A stretch of DNA of 41,681 bases. Origin: an uncultured Rhodothermales bacterium. Lineage in GTDB: Bacteria > Bacteroidota > Rhodothermia > Rhodothermales > UBA10348. The stretch is from positions 1-41,681 of the forward strand of contig CAYXSE010000004.1 in NCBI GenBank assembly GCA_964466675.1, written 5' to 3'. Below are positions 8,392-16,420 of this stretch, piece after piece. Every line of letters starts with the position of its first letter. Within the stretch, counting starts at the first letter, position 1. A model generated the notes under the pieces. That model was not told the DNA's origin and made no database searches. It worked only from the letters and a program-made list of their open reading frames with translations. Made by a program: the position numbers and the translations under genes.

Positions 8392-8850
8392 TTTGTTGGT
8401 CTATAAGCCGAGTTCTGTAGGCAGCGGGTCCGCGTGGACCACTACCCTGATCGTCATCTATCTGGGACTGCCGTCGCCGACAGTCTCTAGCGGCCTACCC
8501 GCGCCGTTCAACGGGTCGCTGATTCCTGCCACCGTCCCTGGACAAGCCAGAGGCCGTAGCAAGAGCCGACGCTGCTTGGCCTTGCACCTCGTGGGGTTTA
8601 CCTGGTCGCGCCGGTCGCCCGGCACGCCGGTGGGATCTTACCCCACCATTTCACCCATCACCTGTGCCCACTGAGCCGCAATGCTGAGCCGCAATACGAA
8701 TCGTGTAGGCCATCGGCTGGAATGCTTTCTGTTGCACGTGCCGTCTCCGACCGACGCCGGAGCCTTCCCGTTAGGAAGCACGAAACCCTGTGGTGCTCGG
8801 ACTTTCCTCGCGATGCCAAAGGGGCATCACGCGACGATCCAACCAACACC
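8392..8850 (-). ncRNA. rnpB: RNase P RNA, bacterial type A
   Basis: The reverse complement carries the universal blocks in order:
- P3 hairpin, then GAGGAAAGTCCGAGCACC (P4 5' strand)
- GTGCAACAGAAAGCA..CCGATGGCC
- GGGTGAAATGGTGGGGTAAGATCCCACC
- GGTAAACCCCACGAGGTGCAAGGCCAAG
- GGGTAGGCCGCTAGAG
- CCCAGATAGATGACGATC
- ACAGAACTCGGCTTAT (P4 3' strand)

The 5' GTTGGTT pairs with the 3' GACCAAC (P1). The ends are approximate (+/- 5 nt). Confidence 0.9.
8671..8696. repeat. 13-bp tandem duplication inside rnpB (ctgagccgcaatg / ctgagccgcaata)
   Basis: Units at 8671-8683 and 8684-8696. In the RNA they fall between the conserved CCGAUGGCC and GGGUGAAA blocks, which is the variable P12 region. Confidence 0.9.
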
Positions 8851-8867
8851 AGAAGAACGAACAGGTA

Positions 8868-8951
8868 GGGGGAAAGTGCCCCGTCGTAGTTTACCCGCAG
8901 CGGACTAAACGGCAGCAGGGAAAGTGCCCCATCGGAGACTAAACGGCTGCG
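8868..8951. repeat. Imperfect direct repeat (gggaaagtgcccc-N-tcg-N-actaaacggc-gc), two copies, the first with a ~14-nt insertion
   Basis: Copy 1 is about 8868-8917 and copy 2 about 8918-8951. Copy 2 contains the last codons and stop of the COG1579 gene. The repeat lies just upstream (in the rnpB sense) of the rnpB 5' end. Confidence 0.75.
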
Positions 8952-9700
8952 GTCGTGGTCGTGAATAGCTCTCCGTCGACGATGATCCGGCCGGTGTGTT
9001 CACAGACCATGACCCGATTCCGCTGTCTGATTTCCATCTGACGCTGTGGCGGAACGGAATACCCTGCGGCGGCGCCTCTCTCAAGCGGCACAACTGCCCG
9101 GCCGTCACGAACCCGGCTACGCAGTCTCTTGTAGGCGCGAAGGTATCGAGCGTCCACGGATTCTTCGGCCTTATCCCGCAGTTTCTCAAGATCCGCCTGC
9201 TCGTGCTTGGTGTCTTCCAGCACTTCCGTCAGGTCGTTTCGTTTGCCCTGAAGCAGCTCGGTGATATCTGACAGGCGGGTCTTGGCCTCATCTATCGTGG
9301 TCTCATGGACCGGCGCCAGCGCCTCCAGTTCTTCGATCCTGGCCTGATTTTCGTTGATTCGTTGCTTCTGTACCTCGATCTCCTTGGTCAGCGCATCGTA
9401 CTCGCGATTATTCCGGACCTGCAGTTGCTGCTCCTCGTACCGGGAAATCAGAGTCTCGGCCTCCTTGATATCGACGGCAGCCTGGCGCTTGGCGGTTTCG
9501 TTGTCCCCGCCCTCGGCCTTAAGCTTCTCGACGCGTGTGCTCAGACCTTCCTGCTCGTCCTCCATGTCCCGAATCTCATCGGGGAGATCACCCCTCAGTT
9601 TCGTGACCTGGTCGATCTTGGAGTCGATGGCCTGGAGTCGAACGAGGGCCGTGAGTTGTTCACCGATACTCGTCTCGTGGGCGGTAGTAGGCATTCCCAA
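8939..9700 (-). CDS. COG1579/DUF164-family coiled-coil protein with a degenerate C-terminal zinc ribbon
   Basis: LTALVRLQAIDSKIDQVTKLRGDLPDEI..., a long heptad-rich coiled coil, and a C-terminal segment aligned by eye to the family zinc ribbon. It has the conserved position immediately downstream of a NIF3 gene. Confidence 0.75.
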   Translation of the reverse strand: MGMPTTAHETSIGEQLTALVRLQAIDSKIDQVTKLRGDLPDEIRDMEDEQEGLSTRVEKLKAEGGDNETAKRQAAVDIKEAETLISRYEEQQLQVRNNREYDALTKEIEVQKQRINENQARIEELEALAPVHETTIDEAKTRLSDITELLQGKRNDLTEVLEDTKHEQADLEKLRDKAEESVDARYLRAYKRLRSRVRDGRAVVPLERGAAAGYSVPPQRQMEIRQRNRVMVCEHTGRIIVDGELFTTTTAAV

Positions 9701-9752
9701 TCGTCGTTAACTAAAGAGTCGCAATTCCGTAGCAAAGGACAACGACTCGATA

Positions 9753-10646
9753 TCAAGAAGGTTCAGAACTTCCATGTGCAGATCGTGTGTGCTCGGCGTA
9801 CACAAACGATTGGATAGGGGATGTCCGGTGACGTGTCCGACTCCATCGAATTTCCGAGTGCCTCGCGGTCAGGTGTTCCAACAGGATCTCCTCCGTCGCA
9901 GCTTCGGTTTCGTAATGTCCGGCATCGATAAATGCGATACGAGGCCGCCCATCCGCGGACAGCGCATCGAAAAATTGGTGGTATTTCACGTCTCCGGTGA
10001 CGTACGCGTCCGCACCCCGAGCCAGGGCACTACCCAAGAAGGTGCTTCCAGAGCCCCCACACACGGCGACACGTTGGATCGGCCGATCGGGGTCTCCCGT
10101 GTGACGGAGAGAAGGATTGTCCAACGCCGCCGAAACCAGGCACAAGAAATCCTGCAAAGACACGGGTTCAGCCAACTCACCGATCGTGCCGATACCGGTC
10201 TCTGAGGCTCCAGGAGAATGGCGCGAACCCTCCCCCTTCTGAGCCGAATCTGGCGCGATCAGAAAGGTGGGATTCTGGATGCCCAGTTGGTGGGCCAGCG
10301 CAAACGAGACTCCGTTTTGGGCTGCGTCCAGGTTCGTATGAATCGCGTAATGTGCGATACCCATTTCCGCGAGGCTCAGGGCCATGGATCCGATCAACGT
10401 GTCCGGTGTCAGCGATTTGATGGGATCGAAAAACAGCGGGTGGTGGGTGATGATGAGGTTGGCACCGGCCGTCGCGGTCTCCTTGATAACCCCGGGCGTC
10501 AGATCCAGAGAGATCATGCCGCCTGTTACCACTACATCGCCACGCCCGATTTGTAATCCGACGTTGTCGTACGACTGGGCCGTCGCCAGCGGCGCCCAAC
10601 GCTCAAGAGTCCTTGCGATATCAGAAACCGTCGTGCCCACGATCAA
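9753..10646 (-). CDS. NIF3-family dinuclear-metal-centre protein (YbgI/YqfO-like)
   Basis: WAPLATAQSYDNVGLQIG...ANLIITHHPLFFDPIKSLT...HTNLD...VAVCGGSG...YVTGDVKYHQF...IDAGHYETE are the hallmark NIF3 motifs. Confidence 0.85.
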   Translation of the reverse strand: MIVGTTVSDIARTLERWAPLATAQSYDNVGLQIGRGDVVVTGGMISLDLTPGVIKETATAGANLIITHHPLFFDPIKSLTPDTLIGSMALSLAEMGIAHYAIHTNLDAAQNGVSFALAHQLGIQNPTFLIAPDSAQKGEGSRHSPGASETGIGTIGELAEPVSLQDFLCLVSAALDNPSLRHTGDPDRPIQRVAVCGGSGSTFLGSALARGADAYVTGDVKYHQFFDALSADGRPRIAFIDAGHYETEAATEEILLEHLTARHSEIRWSRTRHRTSPIQSFVYAEHTRSAHGSSEPS

Positions 10647-11920
10647 GACTTCCGGCCGGCTGCCAGCATTCCTTCTTTCTCGTTCACCTTCCGGAGTAGC
10701 ATCGCACCGCCGATGAAGAAAACAATCACCACGGAGACGCCGGCTCGCTGGCCATACATGGCCGTCAGCGCACCGAGGGCCAAGGGGCCCATGAAAGCTG
10801 TGAACTTGCCGGAGAACGCGAAGAAGCCGAAAAATTCGTTCTCCCGTCCGTCAGGGACGAAGCGGCCCATAAGAGACCGTGAGGCCGCCTGATTTGGGCC
10901 CGCCAGGAGCCCAACAAGAATGGAGGCCACCCAGAACATGGCCGCGGTTTGGGCCACAACGGCCATGATGGCGGCGATAGTGAGGCCGACCAGCGAAATA
11001 TTGATCGTCGTCTTGCCTCCCAGCTTGTCATCGACAAAGCCGAACAGCCAGGCCCCAAGACCCGCTGCCACGTTGAGCGCCATCCCGAAAAGGAACATGT
11101 CCTCGGTCGTGAACCCGAACGTTCCCACCGCATAAATCGCCCCGAATGCGAAGATGGTGACGATACCGTCGTTATAGATGACGCGGGCTACCAGGAGCCA
11201 GAACAGGTTCTTGAACTTCCTGATCTGGCCGAACGTGCTCTTGAGGTCGGATGCCGCTTGCTTGAACAATTCCCGGGTAGACGGACGATTCTCCACGACG
11301 GCGTCTGGGACCCAGAGGAACATGGGGATGGCGAATATCGCAAACCATGCGGCGACGAGGAGGTTGGTTGCTCGGATATGAGCGCCCATGTCCTTCGAGA
11401 GTCCGAAGGGCGCAGTCTCTGGCGCTACGAAGACGTAGTACCCAAGAAGGAGGCAGAGCAGTCCTCCGACGTAGCCCAAGGCCCACCCATTGCCCGATAT
11501 CCGGCCAATCCTTTCTGGGGGGGCGAGCTCCGGGAGGTAGGCATTGTAGAAGACGTTGGCCATCTCGAACGCAATATTCGCCAGGATGAAGGCCGTCAGG
11601 GCGAAAATGGTCTGCCCGGGGAGAGGGAAATAGAGCAGCACAGAGCCGCCGATGCAGACGATGGTCGCAGTCAGGAGATAACGTTTTCGGAGGCCGCCCC
11701 GGTCCGCCATGGCACCCAAAAACGGGGAGCTAATCGCGACGATGATCGCTGAAATAGCGACGCCAATGGACCACAGGGCCGTACCGGTCTCGGGGTCGGG
11801 CGCGATCGCTTCGGTGAAATAGGCCGCGTAGATGAACGTCACAATCAGCGTAGTGAACGCCGAGTTTGCGAAATCAAAAAGCGACCAACTGGCGATGGTC
11901 CGACGATTGGATTCTGACAC
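10643..11920 (-). CDS. MFS transporter (UMF1/Atg22-like family)
   Basis: About 12 hydrophobic helices and an N-terminus (V)SESNRRTIASWSLFDFANSAFTTLIVTFIY typical of UMF1. I chose the GTG at 11920. The track ORF start (12139) and the ATG at 12052 would overlap the upstream aminotransferase gene and add a low-complexity basic leader. Confidence 0.7.
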   Translation of the reverse strand: MSESNRRTIASWSLFDFANSAFTTLIVTFIYAAYFTEAIAPDPETGTALWSIGVAISAIIVAISSPFLGAMADRGGLRKRYLLTATIVCIGGSVLLYFPLPGQTIFALTAFILANIAFEMANVFYNAYLPELAPPERIGRISGNGWALGYVGGLLCLLLGYYVFVAPETAPFGLSKDMGAHIRATNLLVAAWFAIFAIPMFLWVPDAVVENRPSTRELFKQAASDLKSTFGQIRKFKNLFWLLVARVIYNDGIVTIFAFGAIYAVGTFGFTTEDMFLFGMALNVAAGLGAWLFGFVDDKLGGKTTINISLVGLTIAAIMAVVAQTAAMFWVASILVGLLAGPNQAASRSLMGRFVPDGRENEFFGFFAFSGKFTAFMGPLALGALTAMYGQRAGVSVVIVFFIGGAMLLRKVNEKEGMLAAGRKS

Positions 11921-12011
11921 GTTGCTGCGGGAAGGGATGGGCCCAAAGGTAGGCGCGGGTCTCGAGCGGGGCAAAGACCCGGAAGGCTTTCGACAGCCGG
12001 CTAGGCCGCTC

Positions 12012-13178
12012 TTAGGCCGCAGAGACGGCCCGGCAGAAGCGCTCGATCTCATCCATGGTGTTGTAGTAATGGACAGACGCTCGAACCAGGTCCGGGAGAT
12101 TCCTCGACTCAGAATCCAGTCGTGCCGAGGAAGGCGCAAGCACGGATGTGTTCATCCGGGAGCTGGCGAGACTCTTGGAAAGCGCTACGGCGTCCAACCG
12201 AGGATGGGTGAACGTGACGATTCCCGACCGTCGCCGACCCTTGTCCCACACGGCCACGCCGGGGATGGCGGCCAGCTCCGCGCGCAGTCGGGATGACAGT
12301 AGTTGAACCCGGTCCGAAATGTTACCGAGGCCCAGGCTGAGGCTGTACCGGACCGCTACTCCAAGCCCGATCTTTCCGGCCACGTGGCCTTCCCATGTCT
12401 CGAACCGACGCCGATCACGATGCGTCACGTACTCATCACGGGCCACCCACTCGGCGGCGTGGAGGTCCAGAAACGGCGGCTCAAGCCGCTCGATCAGCGA
12501 CAACCGGACATAGAGGAAGCCCGTGCCTCGAGGTCCCCGCAGAAACTTCCGGCCCGTCGCCGAAAGCATATCACATCCAATTTCATCGACGTTCAGCGGC
12601 ATCTGTCCGACCGACTGGCAGGCATCCACGAGGAAGGGGATTCCCGCTCGATTGGCGACCGAGCCAACTTCGGCCACGGGGTTGATGAGGCCGCCGTTGG
12701 TCGGAATATGGGTGATGGCGATGAGGCGGGTACGACCGGAAATCATGCGCTCAAGGGCCGCAACATCTACCTGCCCGTATTCATCGTCGGGGACGACGTC
12801 GATGACCGCGCCGGTTTCTTTCGCCACCTGGAGCATCGCGATATAATTCGATGCGTAGCTGGCTGTTGCCGTGAGGATGCGGTCGCCCTCTGCGAACCGA
12901 AATCCATAAAACGCGGCTCCCCAAGCCCTCGTGGCGTTTTCGACGACCGCGATTTCGTCCGGTTGGGCACCCAACAATTCTGCGATCGCATCATGCGTGT
13001 CAGCAATCTCAGGCAGAGCGGCAGCGGCCGCTTCGTAGCCTCCGATTTCCGCCTCGAGACGCAAATGGTCCAGTTGGGCAGACAGCACCGGCTCTGGCAT
13101 CAGCGCCGCCCCCGCATTGTTGAAATGGAGCACATGCTCACACCCCGGCGTCTCGGCTCTCAGTGCTTCGATATTCAT
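12012..13178 (-). CDS. Class-V aminotransferase-fold PLP enzyme (cysteine desulfurase/epimerase-like)
   Basis: 388 aa with ITHIPTNGGLINPV...FLVDACQSVGQMPL...SATGRKFLRGPRGTGFLYVR (PLP-lysine region). It is divergent from the glycan operon. Its specific activity cannot be determined by eye. Confidence 0.8.
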   Translation of the reverse strand: MNIEALRAETPGCEHVLHFNNAGAALMPEPVLSAQLDHLRLEAEIGGYEAAAAALPEIADTHDAIAELLGAQPDEIAVVENATRAWGAAFYGFRFAEGDRILTATASYASNYIAMLQVAKETGAVIDVVPDDEYGQVDVAALERMISGRTRLIAITHIPTNGGLINPVAEVGSVANRAGIPFLVDACQSVGQMPLNVDEIGCDMLSATGRKFLRGPRGTGFLYVRLSLIERLEPPFLDLHAAEWVARDEYVTHRDRRRFETWEGHVAGKIGLGVAVRYSLSLGLGNISDRVQLLSSRLRAELAAIPGVAVWDKGRRRSGIVTFTHPRLDAVALSKSLASSRMNTSVLAPSSARLDSESRNLPDLVRASVHYYNTMDEIERFCRAVSAA

Positions 13179-13338
13179 TTTTACGCTATTCTATTCCCAG
13201 TTCGCAATTGCCCGCCCTGCGGCGCAGACAGGCCAACCAGAACGAGTGTATTATGGGTCATGCGGGGTAGGCCGCCCTGTTTTTTGTCGGAAAACGCGTG
13301 TTAATGTCCGGAAATCAGTCAAAAAAACCCTGACGGAC

Positions 13339-14352
13339 GTGCTCAACGGAAAGTCGATACTCATCACCGGCGGGACCGGATCCTTCGGCAAGGCCTTCGT
13401 CGCCGAGACCCTCCGCCGATATCCGAATGTAAAACGGCTGGTCATCTTCAGCCGGGATGAGCTCAAGCAGTACGAGATGGAGCGGATGTACCCGGAGAGC
13501 GAATACCCGGCGGTTCGTTTCTTCCTTGGGGACGTTCGGAACCGGGACAGGCTCAAGCGTGCGTTACAATCCATCGACACCGTGGTCCATGCGGCCGCCC
13601 TAAAGCATGTTCCGGCCGCGGAGTACAACCCGATGGAGTTCATCCGTACCAACATTATCGGCGCGGAAAATCTCATCGAGGCCTCCATGGACGCCGGGGT
13701 TGACCGGATCGTGGCTTTGTCGACGGATAAGGCGGCCGCGCCTATCAACTTGTACGGCGCCACGAAACTTTGTAGCGATAAACTCTTCGTTGCGGCAAAC
13801 AATTATGCGGGAGCGGCGGGCCCCCTCTTCGCGGTGGTCCGGTACGGCAATGTCATGGGCTCCAGAGGCTCGGTCATTCCCTTCTTCCTGGATGAGGCCC
13901 CCCGAGGGGTACTCAAGGTGACAGACCCGCGCATGACGCGCTTCAACATCTCGCTGCAAGAAGCGGTGGACATGGTATTGTGGGCCCTGGAGCGTGCGCA
14001 GGGAGGGGAAATATTCGTTCCCAAAATTCCGTCTTTCCGCCTGATCGACTTGGCGGAGGCGATCGGGCCGAACTGCAAAATAGAGATCGTCGGGATCCGG
14101 CCTGGAGAGAAGGTCCATGAGGAGATGATCACCTCGAGTGACAGCTATACGACGATCGATCTGGGGCAGTACTATGCGATACTCCCCACTCGAGGAAGAG
14201 CCAGTTTTGAGAACTACCCGGCGTATCTGAAGGTGGCCGCGGTTGAACCAGGATTCTCATACAACTCCGAAACGAATCCGAATTTCCTCTCTGTGGAGGA
14301 TATCAGAGAATTGATTCGAGAGCACTTGAACTCAGAGTTCCAGCCTGTTTGA
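13339..14352 (+). CDS. pseB: UDP-N-acetylglucosamine 4,6-dehydratase (inverting), PseB/FlaA1-like
   Basis: KSILITGGTGSFGKAFV, VIFSRDELKQ, GDVRNRDRL, YGATKLCSDKLF (YxxxK) and RYGNVMGSRGSVIPFF are typical of short Polysacc_synt_2/PseB enzymes. The start is uncertain. I used the in-frame GTG at 13339. A GTG at 13246 is an alternative. The track ATG at 13117 overlaps the divergent gene. Confidence 0.8.
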   Translation: MLNGKSILITGGTGSFGKAFVAETLRRYPNVKRLVIFSRDELKQYEMERMYPESEYPAVRFFLGDVRNRDRLKRALQSIDTVVHAAALKHVPAAEYNPMEFIRTNIIGAENLIEASMDAGVDRIVALSTDKAAAPINLYGATKLCSDKLFVAANNYAGAAGPLFAVVRYGNVMGSRGSVIPFFLDEAPRGVLKVTDPRMTRFNISLQEAVDMVLWALERAQGGEIFVPKIPSFRLIDLAEAIGPNCKIEIVGIRPGEKVHEEMITSSDSYTTIDLGQYYAILPTRGRASFENYPAYLKVAAVEPGFSYNSETNPNFLSVEDIRELIREHLNSEFQPV

Positions 14353-15518
14353 GCGATTCTTACATCCCATACGGTCGGCAGAGTATCTCTGACGATGATG
14401 TGGAAGCGGTCGTAGAGGTCCTCCGGTCTGACTTTCTCACGCAGGGCGCTGTCGTGCCCGCCTTCGAGGCGGCATTCGCAACGCTTTGCCAGGCCGACCA
14501 TGCCGTCGCCGTCAACTCGGGGACGAGCGCCCTTCACGTGGCCTGCGCGGCCCTGGGTCTGGGACCCGGACAGTCCCTATGGACGTCGCCAAATACATTT
14601 GTTGCCTCAGCCAATTGTGCCCGTTGCTGCGGAGCGCAGGTCGATTTTGTAGACATAGACCCTCAGACCTACAACATGAGCGTTGAGGCGCTGGCCACCA
14701 AGCTGGAGATGGCGGAGGAAGAGGGGAGTCTGCCGCGGATCGTCGTGCCCGTCCATTTTGCCGGCCAACCATGCGACATGAAGGGCATTCGGATTCTTGC
14801 GGACCGGTATGGCTTCAAGGTGCTGGTGGACGCTTCCCATGCGGTCGGTGCGGAATACGGCGGACGGCCGGTAGGCTGTGGCGAGCACGCTGACATCACC
14901 GTTTTCAGCCTGCATCCGGTAAAGATCATCACGACGGGGGAGGGTGGAATCGCTGTGACCAACGAGGCTGACCTTGCAGATCGCATGCGACGGCTCCGAT
15001 CCCACGGGACCACCCAAGACCCGGCCGAGATGCGGCAGAAACCCGCCGGCCCCTGGTCCTACGAACAGATCGAGTTGGGCTTCAACTATAGACTCACCGA
15101 TCTCTCGGCCGCGCTGGGCATGAGCCAGATGAAGCGCCTGCCAGCGTTCCTTTCACGAAGAAGAGAACTGGCTTCCCGGTACGATACAGCCTTGGGCGGC
15201 TTGCCGTTGGTCAGGCCTTGGCAGCACCCGGATGGCCGTTCAGCCTGGCATCTGTACGTCGTTCAGGTGGATCCCGATGCCGCTCCGATAGACCGCGCTA
15301 CGCTCTTCGAGAAGATGCGTGGCGCGCAAATAGGGGTGAACGTGCACTATATCCCCGTCCACACCCAGCCCTACTATCGAGACCTCGGCTTCTCGGATGG
15401 GTGCTACCCGGTCGCAGAGCGGTTCTACTCAAACGCTATTACACTACCGTTGTACCCCGGCCTGGGCCAAGAATCCTTCGATAGGGTAGTCGATACGCTT
15501 CGCAAAAACTTGGGATGA
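14349..15518 (+). CDS. pseC: DegT/DnrJ/EryC1-family PLP aminotransferase, PseC-like (UDP-4-amino-4,6-dideoxy-sugar transaminase)
   Basis: (M)SDSYIPYGRQSISDDDVEAVVEVLRSDFLTQGAVVPAFE...NSGTSALH...SLHPVKIITTGEGG. The TTG start overlaps the pseB stop (TTGA). Confidence 0.85.
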   Translation: MSDSYIPYGRQSISDDDVEAVVEVLRSDFLTQGAVVPAFEAAFATLCQADHAVAVNSGTSALHVACAALGLGPGQSLWTSPNTFVASANCARCCGAQVDFVDIDPQTYNMSVEALATKLEMAEEEGSLPRIVVPVHFAGQPCDMKGIRILADRYGFKVLVDASHAVGAEYGGRPVGCGEHADITVFSLHPVKIITTGEGGIAVTNEADLADRMRRLRSHGTTQDPAEMRQKPAGPWSYEQIELGFNYRLTDLSAALGMSQMKRLPAFLSRRRELASRYDTALGGLPLVRPWQHPDGRSAWHLYVVQVDPDAAPIDRATLFEKMRGAQIGVNVHYIPVHTQPYYRDLGFSDGCYPVAERFYSNAITLPLYPGLGQESFDRVVDTLRKNLG

Positions 15519-16420
15519 GTACTCTCGAGACCACTGAATCGACTCGTGCGGCCGGCCGAATCGCCCTCGGCACGGCCCAGTTCGGCCTGGACTATGGCAT
15601 TTCGAATTCGGCAGGAAAGGTTTCCTTGGGTGAGGCTGGTCGAATTCTTGAGGCGGCCTCAGCAGCCGGAGTGGATACGCTGGACACGGCGATCGACTAT
15701 GGGACCAGCGAGGCCTGCCTGGGTGAACTGGGGGTTGCAAACTGGCGGATCATCTCGAAGCTTCCGTCGATCCCACAGGGTACTCGGAACGTGGAAGATT
15801 GGGTCCTGGAGGCCGTATCGAGCTCGTTAAAACGCTTGCGGGTTCCGGCCCTCTACGGTCTGTTGCTCCACCGTCCGGAGGATCTCCTGGGCGACTCGGG
15901 TGAGGATCTAGCCCGGGCCATTCTGCGCCTGAAGGCAGATGGCCTGACCCGAAAAATTGGGTTATCAGTCTATTCTCCACTGTTCCTGGAAGTCCTTCGT
16001 GCACGGATCCCGGCAGACATCGTGCAGGCCCCCTTCAACGTATTGGACCGGCGGCTTGTGACCACCGGATGGAGCAAAATCCTGGAGTCGGAAGGCGTGG
16101 AGATCCACACCCGGTCGGCATTTCTACAGGGACTTCTTCTCATGTCGAGTGAAAATCGGCCCGCGCGATTCGATCCCTGGTCAGAAGTCTGGAACGTGTG
16201 GCATTCATGGCTGGAGTCGGAGCAGATCTCTCCGGTCGGCGCGGCCCTTGGATTCGCGCTTGGTCAGGAGCAGACCTCCCGGGTGGTGGTCGGAGTAGAC
16301 ACCGTTGCTCAGATGAACGAGATTCTGGGTGAGGTCGGAGGACCCTTCCCCCATCCACCCGAATCACTATCGGTGGAGGACGAAGGCTTGATCGATCCGT
16401 CACAGTGGTCTTCGGTATGA
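15515..16420 (+). CDS. Aldo/keto reductase family oxidoreductase
   Basis: IALGTAQFGLDYGISN...GVDTLDTAIDYGTSEACLG...IGLSVYSP...QAPFNVLDRR. ATGA overlap with the pseC stop. Confidence 0.75.
   Translation: MSTLETTESTRAAGRIALGTAQFGLDYGISNSAGKVSLGEAGRILEAASAAGVDTLDTAIDYGTSEACLGELGVANWRIISKLPSIPQGTRNVEDWVLEAVSSSLKRLRVPALYGLLLHRPEDLLGDSGEDLARAILRLKADGLTRKIGLSVYSPLFLEVLRARIPADIVQAPFNVLDRRLVTTGWSKILESEGVEIHTRSAFLQGLLLMSSENRPARFDPWSEVWNVWHSWLESEQISPVGAALGFALGQEQTSRVVVGVDTVAQMNEILGEVGGPFPHPPESLSVEDEGLIDPSQWSSV

Noticed and set aside
8393-8908. ORFs 8393..8674, 8658..8849 and 8681..8908 (and the tail of 8094..8420)
   Set aside because: They overlap the RNase P RNA gene, whose conserved blocks explain the region fully.
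12303-13304. 333-aa + strand ORF
   Set aside because: It is antisense to the class-V aminotransferase gene, which has a clear PLP-lysine region, and it has no motifs of its own.
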